Below are positions 26,008 to 35,408 of a DNA stretch of 49,520 nt, in pieces; the stretch's first letter is position 1; each line of letters opens with the position of its first letter. Source of the stretch: an uncultured Pseudobdellovibrionaceae bacterium (GTDB lineage: Bacteria; Bdellovibrionota; Bdellovibrionia; Bdellovibrionales; UBA840). A program made the position numbers and the translations under genes. The DNA lies in contig CAZZCP010000009.1 of assembly GCA_964653235.1 (NCBI GenBank), positions 1-49,520 on the forward strand, given 5' to 3'. The notes beneath the pieces are model-generated. The model ran no database searches, had not been told where the DNA came from, and was given only the letters and a program-made list of their open reading frames with translations.

Positions 26008-26055
26008 ATGATTTTGGGTTATAGTGTCATAGCCGCTGAGTTGCAAGGGCTTTTT

Positions 26056-26658
26056 ATGAAATTTAACAAATACTTACTATTGAGCTTGCTCTTTCATTTG
26101 CTGTTTTTTTCACTTTTCTTTTTTGAGAAAAAAAACCAAAAAATGGCCACTAACAGCTATGTTTTTGTTGAACTCACTTCTGGTTCTCTACCCCCTAAAA
26201 CCGCTTCAAAAAAACAAAAGACAAAAGCAATACCCGATTTACAGCAAGGAATAAAAGTAAAAACCAAAAAGCTGGTGACAAGATCTTCTTCCATTTCAAA
26301 AGAAGCTGCCCGAAAAGGAATAAAGAGCAATTCTTTTTTAAAAGAGCAAATAGGTCGTCAATCTGCTCAATCTTACTCTGAAGAACTGAAAGTTTTTCTC
26401 GAACAAAACAAAAAATATCCAAGACTTGCCCAACGACTCAAGCAGAGTGGTACGGTTACTCTAAGAGTAAAGATTTATGCCGATGGACGCTTTGGAAATG
26501 TTGAAATCTTAAATGAATCGCCTTTTGATAGTCTCAATCAAGCCGCTGTCGATCTTTTAAAATCACTGGGCCGTTTCAAGCCTTTGCCGCAAAGTTTTGA
26601 ATCTGAAGAAAACTTTGTAATCCCGATTGCCTACCGCATGGATGCAAGCAGAATATGA
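26056..26658 (+). CDS. tonB: TonB-family energy transducer
   Basis: N-terminal TM (LLLSLLFHLLFFSLFFF), a Lys-rich linker, and a C-terminal YPRLAQRLKQSGTVTLRVKIYADGRFGNVEILNESPFDSLNQAAVDLL typical of the TonB C-terminal domain. Confidence 0.75.
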   Translation: MKFNKYLLLSLLFHLLFFSLFFFEKKNQKMATNSYVFVELTSGSLPPKTASKKQKTKAIPDLQQGIKVKTKKLVTRSSSISKEAARKGIKSNSFLKEQIGRQSAQSYSEELKVFLEQNKKYPRLAQRLKQSGTVTLRVKIYADGRFGNVEILNESPFDSLNQAAVDLLKSLGRFKPLPQSFESEENFVIPIAYRMDASRI

Positions 26659-27071
26659 AACTTCTTTTTCTCTTTTTTTTGCCTAATATTCTATTTGCTG
26701 ATGTCTATGTGAAAAGCTTAACGAGTGCTGAAACAAAGAAGCTTTCTAGTTTGCAAAAACCACCGAGTCTAATTCTTTTGTTTCAAAGCAATTGTCAGGC
26801 CTGTAAGAAGCAAATTAAAGACTTGTATTGCCTTGAAGATAAAATCCGCATCCAGCTTTTTGCAAGCCAGGGAAGTGAAAAAGAGCTTCAAAGAGAATAT
26901 TTGGGCTTTCATGTAGATTATCCTGCTTTCTATGCTAGTGAAGACATTTTAAAGGCTCTAGATATCCGAGAGGACTCTACCCCACAAATCTTATATCAGG
27001 GAGAAGACAAGAAAATGAGATTTTTGGGCTACCAAAGCTGCATATCGCTTCAAAAAGCCATGGGGATTTGA
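26655..27071 (+). CDS. secreted thioredoxin-fold protein (CxxC)
   Basis: Signal peptide, then LILLFQSNCQACKKQ with a CxxC motif. ATGA overlap with tonB. Confidence 0.55.
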   Translation: MKLLFLFFLPNILFADVYVKSLTSAETKKLSSLQKPPSLILLFQSNCQACKKQIKDLYCLEDKIRIQLFASQGSEKELQREYLGFHVDYPAFYASEDILKALDIREDSTPQILYQGEDKKMRFLGYQSCISLQKAMGI

Positions 27072-27174
27072 ACAAATTATCAATCCTTGTCGAAATTCCA
27101 GAGTAGCAATCTTAGCTTTTTTCTATTTCTGAAAAAAAAGATGAAATGCCATTCAAATACAGATTAATGAAAGT

Positions 27175-27765
27175 ATGAAATATCTTTGCCTACTATTTCT
27201 TAGTCTTTTTAGCTCAAATGTGACGGCGAGCTGTAATGAATACTTCTCTAAGTTGAGAACCCCTTTCTTTCACATTCTGCAAGGAAAGTTTGATTATATT
27301 CATCTTAAGAATTTACCGCTAGAAAAGCGTGAGTTTCAGGCCGTGATTGAGGGCAATCGAATTAAAATTCTTGATCGCTATCGAAAAGTTCAGGCTTATC
27401 ATTTGCTCGAGTCCTCTGCTCAAAGACTCGTTCTCTTAGAGTATCGCTTCGCAGGAATACACACTCAAGTAGCTGGTAGAAGAAAGCCTGAAACCATGAA
27501 CCTCTTTTTGGTTATCACTGAAAAAGGTTTTGAAATTTTTCAGTTGAACAGTCTTGGAGCTTTAGTAAAGCTCGATAAAGACTTTGACTCCAATATTGGT
27601 AGAATTCGAGATTTTGGAATGACGCTCTACTCATGGTCTCATCCTTCCGCAAAGGGAGTCTATGGCAGCCGTGAGGTTTTACTACTTCATATGGAAGATG
27701 GTCGAGTGTATTTATTTGAACCCATTGAAGCGAAACTAAGCTTAGAAAACCAACCGGAAGCATAG
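27175..27765 (+). CDS. hypothetical secreted protein
   Basis: ORF with signal peptide MKYLCLLFLSLFSSNVTA. No motif recognised. Confidence 0.5.
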   Translation: MKYLCLLFLSLFSSNVTASCNEYFSKLRTPFFHILQGKFDYIHLKNLPLEKREFQAVIEGNRIKILDRYRKVQAYHLLESSAQRLVLLEYRFAGIHTQVAGRRKPETMNLFLVITEKGFEIFQLNSLGALVKLDKDFDSNIGRIRDFGMTLYSWSHPSAKGVYGSREVLLLHMEDGRVYLFEPIEAKLSLENQPEA

Positions 27766-27788
27766 AAAAGGAGGCTCATCCTTGAGCC
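27764..27788 (-). terminator. candidate rho-independent terminator for the S8-protease/lipoprotein operon
   Basis: On the minus strand, GGCTCA-agga-TGAGCC is followed by CCTTTTCT, about 20 nt after the stop at 27811. Confidence 0.4.
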
Positions 27789-27810
27789 CGGGGGGGGAAA
27801 AATGAAATAC

Positions 27811-28761
27811 TTAGTTGCAAATATCCAAGTCAATATCTCGAACATTGCCATTGATATCCAATGTTGCGTCACCACATGCATTGAATGTCAAACTTCCAGA
27901 GCCACTACGGCTACCAGTTACATCTAAAGTCATACTACCACCAATGGGATGACAACAGCTGCTAGTCCATTGAAGATTATTGGCTGCGATTACAGCTGTG
28001 TACTGAGCTGTGTTGTGGTTCACTTCTAAAACTCCGCTGCGCAATCTCAGGTCTCTTTGTTGAATATCACCATCGATTACAATTGGTTGTTCTAAAGTTC
28101 GCGAAGAAACTTCGATAGGATCATTCTCTCCTTTGTCTAATTTGTCTAACAAGCGATGATCTCCTAAAATTTCAATTTCATAACCTGTGTTTGTTCTAGT
28201 GAGCATTCCGCCGCCACCATAAACTTCTCCACGGTAATCAGCTTGATCAGCACTACTTGCTTCTAAGCGAATATTTCGACGTGTGCTAAGAAAACTCACA
28301 TCATAAGTTCGAACTACTTGATCTCCTGCATTTTGAATTCCACATGAAGTATTAGAAAAATCGAGACTGATGTTTCCAGAAATTTCAACACGGCCTAAGA
28401 CATTACAGTTGGAAAAGTTCATCTCTTTAACACCATTGTTACAAGCTTGCATAAAGGCAGGGGCACATGTTGGTGACATTGCTCTTTGCATGCTAAGACC
28501 GCTTGCTCCCAATGAGCTCTGTGATTGAAGACCAAGCCTTGAGCCAGATCGAAATTCATCCATCATAGAACCCATGCTTGTGACTGCCGCTTCTACCGAA
28601 AGCTCTGCTTCCGCTTGGCTGAGTGTTGTTGCTTCTTGACTAGGGTTGTTAGGGTTATTGGGACTCAGTGAAGCTTGCCCTACCTGAGCATCAAGGCTTT
28701 TTTGTGAACAGTTTGCAAGTAACAAACTCATTAAAATTACACTTATCTTTAAAGTCTTCAT
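27811..28761 (-). CDS. lipoprotein of unknown function, co-transcribed with the S8 protease
   Basis: MKTLKISVILMSLLLANCSQ contains a lipobox. Starts 17 nt after the protease stop. Several paired Cys residues. No family recognised. Confidence 0.65.
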   Translation of the reverse strand: MKTLKISVILMSLLLANCSQKSLDAQVGQASLSPNNPNNPSQEATTLSQAEAELSVEAAVTSMGSMMDEFRSGSRLGLQSQSSLGASGLSMQRAMSPTCAPAFMQACNNGVKEMNFSNCNVLGRVEISGNISLDFSNTSCGIQNAGDQVVRTYDVSFLSTRRNIRLEASSADQADYRGEVYGGGGMLTRTNTGYEIEILGDHRLLDKLDKGENDPIEVSSRTLEQPIVIDGDIQQRDLRLRSGVLEVNHNTAQYTAVIAANNLQWTSSCCHPIGGSMTLDVTGSRSGSGSLTFNACGDATLDINGNVRDIDLDICN

Positions 28762-28778
28762 AAATCCTCCCATGAGAC

Positions 28779-30389
28779 TTAGTTATTTTTATTTCTTTTT
28801 CTTAAGTAAAAAAGACTGGTTAAAGGCATTTGCAAAATCAAAAGAAGCAAAAAGAGATTTCCGGTACTGGCTTGGGATTGCCCTTTTGAAGACATTCCGC
28901 AACCACCAAATTCTGCCAACTGGCTGCCGGCCGCTGTTCCTGAAGCGGCACATGGCTCACCTTCATTACAGCTTGGTAGCTCAATACTACCTCCCGTATC
29001 ACCTGGATTACCGCCTCCACCACTTGGTGGTGGTTGACTGACTTGTACACTAGCCAAAGCTCGTCCGACATTGATGCGAGGATAGGTAAATTGAGATCGG
29101 CTTGAATTCGCAGCACGAACATCTACGAGATCTCCTGTATCACGTATCACATCCATGACTTCTTCTGCTGAAAGATTTGGATCTTCACTTAATATTAAAG
29201 TGGCAAGTCCAGCAACTTGGGGTGAGGCCATGCTCGTTCCTCGAATCGCCTCATAAAGATTGTTTGGAAAGCTTGAAAGTATGTTTTCTTCTATTCCTAA
29301 ACCTTGAGAACGACGATCTCCTCCTGGCGCAATAACATCGACAATGCTGCCAAAATTACTAAATGTAGCTAATTCATCTCTTGAGTTAGATGCACCCACA
29401 GTCAGCGCTCTTGGCACGTTTGCAGGAACAAAATTTCGAGCATCTACAGTGTCATTTCCTGCAGCAAATACAGGAACAACCCCTCTTTGAATCGCGTAAT
29501 CAACTAGGTCACTGTAATTTCGATCTACACCTGAGCGAGTTGGGCCACCAAAGGAACCATTGATTACCCTTGCTCCATTATCTACAGCATAGTAAAGACC
29601 ATTTAATAGATCTGAATCACGACCACCTTGAGCATTATCACCAAAGCCTTTGACTGCCATGATTTTGGCATCCCATACAACACCGACAACTCCAGTATTG
29701 TTGTTTCCTTTTGCCGCTACTGTACCTGCAACATGGGTCCCATGAATTCCCGTTGGCATTGGGTCACCATCTCGGTCGGCAAAATCATAACCATAGATAT
29801 CGTCAACTTGTCCATTGCCGTCGTCATCAACACCCGCTTGACCGTTTAACTCGGCATCGTTGGTCCACATGTTATCTCTTAAATCTTCGTGATTGTAGTC
29901 CACTCCATCATCAACTACAGCAACGACAACATCTGTACCAGTTTGAATATCCCAACCTGCTTCAGAATTCATTACTTGGTGATGAAACATCTGACTATAA
30001 CGACTATCATTAGGAACAGCACTTAAAAATCGATAGCAATCTTGCTCAAGAGATTCTATGCGCTCATCTTGCATTAAAGAATCTATAAAGTCTTGATCTT
30101 CTGATTCAATATGAAGAAGGCTAGAGGGTACATCCATTTTTGCTGAAAGTGATAGTGTTTGTGCTCTCGCAGTCACCTGATTGTGAATCACTTTTAATTG
30201 AGCATGCTGACGAATTTGATCGAACAAATCATCTTGCTCAGAATGTGCTTGCAGGCTTACCAAACTATGTGATTGAAGTTTCACAATATAAGAACCTTTA
30301 ACCTTATGCGATTCAGGGCAATTTGCTTTTGCATGCAATTGAAAAAAGAAAATCGTAAAAAATAAGATGTTTAAAATTAGTACTTTCAT
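28779..30389 (-). CDS. subtilisin-like serine protease (S8) with an N-terminal propeptide and a C-terminal Cys/TM/basic sorting-type tail
   Basis: VAVVDDGVD (Asp), HGTHVAGTVAA (His), GTSMASPQVAGLATL (Ser). An I9-like propeptide region is present. The tail is GGCGMSSKGQSQASTGNLFLLLLILQMPLTSLFYLRKRNKNN. Confidence 0.9.
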   Translation of the reverse strand: MKVLILNILFFTIFFFQLHAKANCPESHKVKGSYIVKLQSHSLVSLQAHSEQDDLFDQIRQHAQLKVIHNQVTARAQTLSLSAKMDVPSSLLHIESEDQDFIDSLMQDERIESLEQDCYRFLSAVPNDSRYSQMFHHQVMNSEAGWDIQTGTDVVVAVVDDGVDYNHEDLRDNMWTNDAELNGQAGVDDDGNGQVDDIYGYDFADRDGDPMPTGIHGTHVAGTVAAKGNNNTGVVGVVWDAKIMAVKGFGDNAQGGRDSDLLNGLYYAVDNGARVINGSFGGPTRSGVDRNYSDLVDYAIQRGVVPVFAAGNDTVDARNFVPANVPRALTVGASNSRDELATFSNFGSIVDVIAPGGDRRSQGLGIEENILSSFPNNLYEAIRGTSMASPQVAGLATLILSEDPNLSAEEVMDVIRDTGDLVDVRAANSSRSQFTYPRINVGRALASVQVSQPPPSGGGGNPGDTGGSIELPSCNEGEPCAASGTAAGSQLAEFGGCGMSSKGQSQASTGNLFLLLLILQMPLTSLFYLRKRNKNN

Positions 30390-30715
30390 TTTAACCTCTA
30401 TCCTTGTGTTGAGTTTTCTAACAACACTAAAGTCTATCGGTCAAAATTTGGAACACTTTAGAAAAAAATGAATAATTTTAGTATGTTAAACTAGTTCGCT
30501 AATGTCTATTTTCTAGTCACTCGAAGATCTTTGTATCGTTTTGAAACAATTCAATTTCAAAGACTGTTCGAATTGTAGTCAGCTGTTTTTGAACTGATCA
30601 GATATTGATCACTATGTACTCTCATTTGGTTACTTAAGTCTTTAGAATCATTCATTAATCGATACTTTTAAAAACTTGGACTCATTTTTGCTTCTCTAAG
30701 AATTGGGAGACAATT

Positions 30716-32317
30716 ATGGGTAAAATAAAATTACTATTTCTAACATGCTTTCTTTTTCTTTTTAATGCATGTTCGGATGTGAACTTATCTGCACCTGAAG
30801 TAGAATTAGCATCTACTCGCTCTATTGGCGGATTTTGTATCAGTCCTCCAGATGAAACTCAAAGATTTACCAAGTTTCTTTTTGTAATGGATAAATCTGG
30901 GTCGAACGATACCACAGACCCTGGGGCAAATAAAAGAGCAGGAAATTTTGAACAATTTTATAACGACAATAAAGATAATGATTTTTTTAAATGGGGTATG
31001 ATTGATTTTCATCAAGGTCAAAGTGAAGCTTTTATTATTAATCCCTACTTTACTCAAGATGAACCAACTGTAAGAAATGCAGTCAATCTATTAAGGGCTA
31101 TAGATGTGGGGAGTACTCCTTATAGAAGTGCACTGAGCTTAACTCTTGAAGCAATTCAATCTGATATGATTGAATTTCCAGAAGAAGATTCCATCTATCA
31201 AGTTTTCTTTATATCTGATGGTGGACCAACAGATACAAAAAGTGTGAGTGAGCTTCGCAATAGAGTAAGAGATATTATTAATTTACAACCGGGAAGAGTC
31301 TTTTTGAGTACCGCCTACTATGGACCTAATAATTCAACCAATATCAACTATCTAAGACAAATGGCAGACGAAGGACGAGGAGCATTTATAAACTTTGAAA
31401 ATTCAGATGAGCTCGACTTTAATGACTTGATCGTTCAACCCGAAAAAGAACCTTGGCAACTCAAGCGCATGATGACATTTAACACCAATGCAGGTTTTTG
31501 TTTAGATGGCTCGGTAGACACTGACTCTGATGCCGATGGACTTTGCGATAAAGATGAAATCGCAACCAATGAAAAATATGCAGATTTTATTGCTAACAAC
31601 AACTTACAGCCCCTAGATCCGGCAAAACATTTTAGCCAAACTGGGGAGCTATCAGGCTACAAAGACTACTTTATTTGGCGACACCTTGTTTTTGGTGAAA
31701 TTTTGCAGCCTTGTGAAGATCGAACAGATGAAGACTTTGATCTATTGACTCCTTGTGAAGAAGCCTATCTACAAAACGATCGACCAAGAGGTACTGAATT
31801 CTTCTCTGGAGACCAAAGAAACCCAGATACCGATTTAGATGGTTTCTTAGATGGTATTGAGATCTTAACCTTCAAAGATAAGGGCTCTGCCAATGATGAT
31901 CAAAATATTACAACAAGCTTTGATGGTGAAGAAGAAGATGCAGGAACCCAAATGCTTGAGCACAGAAACCCTCTGTTCTTTGATCCGCAGCAAATTCGCT
32001 ATGATATGCGAGTAAGACCTGATGGGATCAACTTAGAAGGTCAGAATTGCTACACTTTTCAACAAAATATTTTGCCTACCTACCCTACTTTAGAGGTACT
32101 TGCAGAAGACACACTGCCAGGCCTTGAGCATGGAGCTGGAGGGAATATTGTTTACCTCTATTACATTCAAACACCACAGTCAGACAAAGACGGACCTGGA
32201 GTTTTAAAATATAGCTTTCAAGAACTGATCAATGATGGAAGACGAGATGATTTTATTTTCGGTTTGCAAGTCAATGATGATGTCTTTGGAACTTATGTAG
32301 TACCAGAAGATTTATAA
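30716..32317 (+). CDS. vWA-domain lipoprotein with thrombospondin-type-3-like Ca-binding repeats
   Basis: Lipobox LFNACSD. MIDAS motif FVMDKSGSNDTTD. DTDSDADGLCDKDE and NPDTDLDGFLDG are Asp-rich repeats. Confidence 0.75.
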   Translation: MGKIKLLFLTCFLFLFNACSDVNLSAPEVELASTRSIGGFCISPPDETQRFTKFLFVMDKSGSNDTTDPGANKRAGNFEQFYNDNKDNDFFKWGMIDFHQGQSEAFIINPYFTQDEPTVRNAVNLLRAIDVGSTPYRSALSLTLEAIQSDMIEFPEEDSIYQVFFISDGGPTDTKSVSELRNRVRDIINLQPGRVFLSTAYYGPNNSTNINYLRQMADEGRGAFINFENSDELDFNDLIVQPEKEPWQLKRMMTFNTNAGFCLDGSVDTDSDADGLCDKDEIATNEKYADFIANNNLQPLDPAKHFSQTGELSGYKDYFIWRHLVFGEILQPCEDRTDEDFDLLTPCEEAYLQNDRPRGTEFFSGDQRNPDTDLDGFLDGIEILTFKDKGSANDDQNITTSFDGEEEDAGTQMLEHRNPLFFDPQQIRYDMRVRPDGINLEGQNCYTFQQNILPTYPTLEVLAEDTLPGLEHGAGGNIVYLYYIQTPQSDKDGPGVLKYSFQELINDGRRDDFIFGLQVNDDVFGTYVVPEDL

Positions 32318-32328
32318 GGAGTTAAATC

Positions 32329-33084
32329 ATGAATACATTTAAAAAACTATTAATTGGTGTAGCGAGCTTGATAATAGTGCTTACTTTTCAAAATTGCAGC
32401 CAGAGTGATACAAGCCAAACCAACTCAAATCCATCCCTGATTGGTAATGATGACAGCAACACAAACACTGATGGCGAGACTCAAACCACAACTAATCTGA
32501 TAACAAAGTATTTATTTGTGATCGACAAATCTGGATAAAATAACAACACAGATCCTGATTCACTTCGAAGATCTGTAAATATTGAATCTTTTTATAACCA
32601 AAACCAAAGCGACCCGCAATTGAGATGGGGAATAGTATACTTTAATCGTGAATACGCTGAATCCCTTATTGAGCAAGCCTTTACTCATGATGAAATCTTG
32701 ATCAGAAATGCAATTGAGCGTTTAAGAGTTGAGGAAGATAATGGAGCAACACCTTATAGAGCTACATTATCATTGGTTCAACAAGTCATTGAGGATGATA
32801 TCTCTGCAAATCCAAACGAAGCTGCAGCTTACCAAGTTTTCTTTTTATCGGATGGACTTCCAGTTCCTGAAATTAGCCTATCCGAGGCACGACAAAGGGT
32901 TTCAGCAATTACAGCAATCAATCCTGCAAAAATATTTCTTAGCACAGCTTTCTATGGCGGTGATACACGAGGTAAAGTTTACCTTGAGCATATGGCTATT
33001 GAGGGTAATGGTAGATTCATTAATTTTGAAGCCACTGGAGTTCTCAGTTATCGACAGTTAATAGCCCCAGACCTAATAAAGTAA
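32329..33084 (+). pseudogene. vWA lipoprotein paralog interrupted by an in-frame TAA at the MIDAS serine
   Basis: ORFs 32329..32538 and 32620..33084 are in the same frame. The read-through gives FVIDKSG*NNNTDPDSLRRSVNIESFYNQN...RWGIVYF, parallel to FVMDKSGSNDTTDPGANKRAGNFEQFYNDN...KWGMIDF in the neighbour. Lipobox FQNCSQ. Confidence 0.7.
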
Positions 33085-33275
33085 TCAAGCTCTTCTCTTA
33101 TTCACCACTGCAAAAGAGTATTGAATCATTGAAGAAGAGTCATTAATTACATTTCGGCTGCCTTCGGGTGGCCGATCTGTTGAAGAAGAAACTTAAAATT
33201 GATCGCTGATAGGATACAATGATTCAAATTCAAAATATCGAAGTGAGCGAATCCCAAAGAGCTGTCATTTTAGCT

Positions 33276-34496
33276 CTAGTAATAGATCATCGAAGTAAGC
33301 AAGAGACTTTGCGTATTTCTGTAGTTATTGCCATCAAATCCTGTTTCTATTAGATTGCTATCTCTTTTGGTGAGATCATAAAAAAGACCTAGGCGAATAT
33401 TGTGCCCCTTCATATACCAATTCAAGCCGAAAACAGTTGAAGTCAAACTAAAATTATCTGCTTGATGAAAGCGGTCCCACTCTTCATAGCGAAAGTAAGG
33501 CGCTAAGTAAGATAGCGAAGTGAAAACATACTCCCCTTCAAGATAAAAACCATCTGAGCTTCCGTAATTGAGACTGGTAGCACTCATATCTTCAATTGCA
33601 CCTTCAAAACGAAAATACTCGCCTTGAAGTAAAAGAGATTTGTAGTGAAAACTGATCTCTCCATTCCAGAGAGTGCGGGTGATTTCATTGTCGTTTGATA
33701 AACCATCGGTAAACTTGATGTTGGAGGTTTGAAATACACCTCCACCAAATGAAAAATGCTTTCCTTTACCAAAATAGGTATCACGAACCTTTTTGTCTTC
33801 CCAGCCCTTGAAAGGATAAATACGAAGTTTTGTACCGATCATAAAATTTTGTGCTGTAATAGAATCCGCTTCATCTCCGTTGGCATCGGTTAAGTCGCCA
33901 CTGTAAACCCCGTCACCAGCCACCAATTGAAAATAAAAATAATCATAAAAACCCAAAAGCTGAACATTGGTGGCACGTCGATTTTGGTTTACAAAATCAG
34001 AGGCTTCTTCGGCAATGTGAGCCCGCTCAAGAAAAATCAATTTTGACGAACTAACGGTTTGTGAGCGTGAGACATCGACTTTTGCTCTAAGAAAACGAAA
34101 CTTTAGTTTTTCTTGGCCAAAGACATTAGCCACTTCAAAGTAGGCATCACCGACATTGAAATCTTTCTCGCCTTTATCTTCTTTATTGGCTTTATCATTT
34201 CGAATATCCATATAAAATCTAAAGTCTTCTTTATAAGAGGCCTCTACCTGAAAGCGTGTTCGACGAATAAATGCATCTTGCAATTGAAGGTCACTGTCTG
34301 CGTCAGTAGCCCCAATTTTCTCTTGATGCTTCGCTATTGCTTGAAATCGGGTTCCGATTCGAAATTGAATGGGCGAATCTTCTGGTACCGGAATCGCAAC
34401 ACCCCACTCTTTTCGTTCTTTTCCCAAAATATAATCTTGGGCATAACTATAATAGCTTGAGGTAAAAATAAAAAATAAGATCCAAAACAATTTCAT
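33276..34496 (-). CDS. outer-membrane porin-like beta-barrel protein
   Basis: Signal peptide and a 400-aa alternating-strand pattern. Possibly OprO/P-like (FRIGTRFQ, RRTRFQVE), but this is not verified. Confidence 0.5.
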   Translation of the reverse strand: MKLFWILFFIFTSSYYSYAQDYILGKERKEWGVAIPVPEDSPIQFRIGTRFQAIAKHQEKIGATDADSDLQLQDAFIRRTRFQVEASYKEDFRFYMDIRNDKANKEDKGEKDFNVGDAYFEVANVFGQEKLKFRFLRAKVDVSRSQTVSSSKLIFLERAHIAEEASDFVNQNRRATNVQLLGFYDYFYFQLVAGDGVYSGDLTDANGDEADSITAQNFMIGTKLRIYPFKGWEDKKVRDTYFGKGKHFSFGGGVFQTSNIKFTDGLSNDNEITRTLWNGEISFHYKSLLLQGEYFRFEGAIEDMSATSLNYGSSDGFYLEGEYVFTSLSYLAPYFRYEEWDRFHQADNFSLTSTVFGLNWYMKGHNIRLGLFYDLTKRDSNLIETGFDGNNYRNTQSLLLTSMIYY

Positions 34497-34659
34497 AGTA
34501 GATTCGATTTTAGGCTTAAAAACTCAGTATGCATACTTTTATGATGCTGCTTAATTTGTCAATCTTATGTTTAAGAACTTATAAACTGTTTACTGAAACT
34601 CTGACCTAAAACTAATAAAAGATTTTTTATAATATCAGAATTTCTAAATTGTGAAATTT

Positions 34660-34761
34660 TAGCTGCTCCCTTTTATTTCACTTCGGACGTCCGTCCGCGA
34701 GCAATAAGTATTGATAATATTTCGTGTATCCGGTCCGCGGTGGCTGAAAATTTGGTGCAGC
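34660..34761 (+). mobile_element. MITE-like repeat, short or truncated copy
   Basis: 34660-34697 (38 nt) is identical to the reverse complement of 39662-39699. The next 64 nt match the reverse complement of the 39.5 kb element at 42/64, ungapped. No convincing second terminal repeat. Confidence 0.65.
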
Positions 34762-34862
34762 TCTCAGCCTCTGAATTCGATAATCTATTGACTCCCTTGG
34801 ATGAGGAAGCAAAAGCTAAGATCGGCGATGAAGTTTACTTTTGCTCTTTTGATTTAGACTAA

Positions 34863-35396
34863 TTAGTAAGAATCAAGGCACATTTGTCTTTGCTCTTCTC
34901 TTTGCGCAGCATTTAGATTTGAGAAATTGATTATTTCTTGAATAGGTGAACTGTATTCGGGGGTTTCATTTGACCCGATAGTCCAGCGTAGAGTCCAACA
35001 TCCTGGCATGGATTGCAAATTGAGTTCTCGAAGCAAATACTTGTTTGAATCTGCTTGAAAGAAAAACTGAGAATTGGCTCCGTGGCTATGTCCATGCATC
35101 ATCCACATCCATGGAAAAACCCGAAAGCCATCTATTGCAAGCAAAGTTTGTTTGGGATCTTCACTTAGCCAAATCGAAATTTCAGCTTGTGAAAAAAGGC
35201 GATCACGCGAGCTTGTAGAATTTGGGTTCAGAAAGGGCGAATCTTGGTTGCTCAAATGAAACATCCCTCTTTGCCTCTTCTCTGCTTTGAGCCACTCGAT
35301 CTGCATACAATATGTATCGCCCTCTACCTGAAACGAATAGGGACAATTCGCATTTGCTAAAAATGGTATTAGAATTAACATAAAAAACTTCTTCAT
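34863..35396 (-). CDS. periplasmic YtkA/FixH-like protein with a Met/His cluster
   Basis: Signal peptide and the motif FRVFPWMWMMHGHSHGAN. Last gene of a five-gene operon. Confidence 0.55.
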   Translation of the reverse strand: MKKFFMLILIPFLANANCPYSFQVEGDTYCMQIEWLKAEKRQRGMFHLSNQDSPFLNPNSTSSRDRLFSQAEISIWLSEDPKQTLLAIDGFRVFPWMWMMHGHSHGANSQFFFQADSNKYLLRELNLQSMPGCWTLRWTIGSNETPEYSSPIQEIINFSNLNAAQREEQRQMCLDSY

Positions 35397-35408
35397 TCTC
35401 TCTCTCCT

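Noticed and set aside
27790-27797. G8 homopolymer, a possible phase-variation tract
   Set aside because: It lies in the intergenic spacer between two convergent stop codons, next to a terminator hairpin. No reading frame or promoter spacing would be affected.
33155-33174. GC-rich hairpin CGGCTGCC-TTCG-GGTGGCCG between convergent genes
   Set aside because: The stem and tetraloop are good, but neither strand has a U-tract, so I do not call it an intrinsic terminator. It could still act as an RNA stabiliser.
33220-33354. Short plus-strand ORF MIQIQNIEVSESQRAVILA... reminiscent of an ABC-ATPase N-terminus
   Set aside because: It is only about 44 codons, overlaps the 3' end of the porin-like gene on the opposite strand, and has no Walker motif. 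The evidence is insufficient.
34620-34862. 80-codon stop-free frame running through the short MITE copy (ends ...EAKAKIGDEVYFCSFDLD*)
   Set aside because: There is no ATG. The only GTG/TTG starts leave fewer than 45 codons, and part of the frame is repeat sequence. It may be a gene remnant, but this is not supportable.
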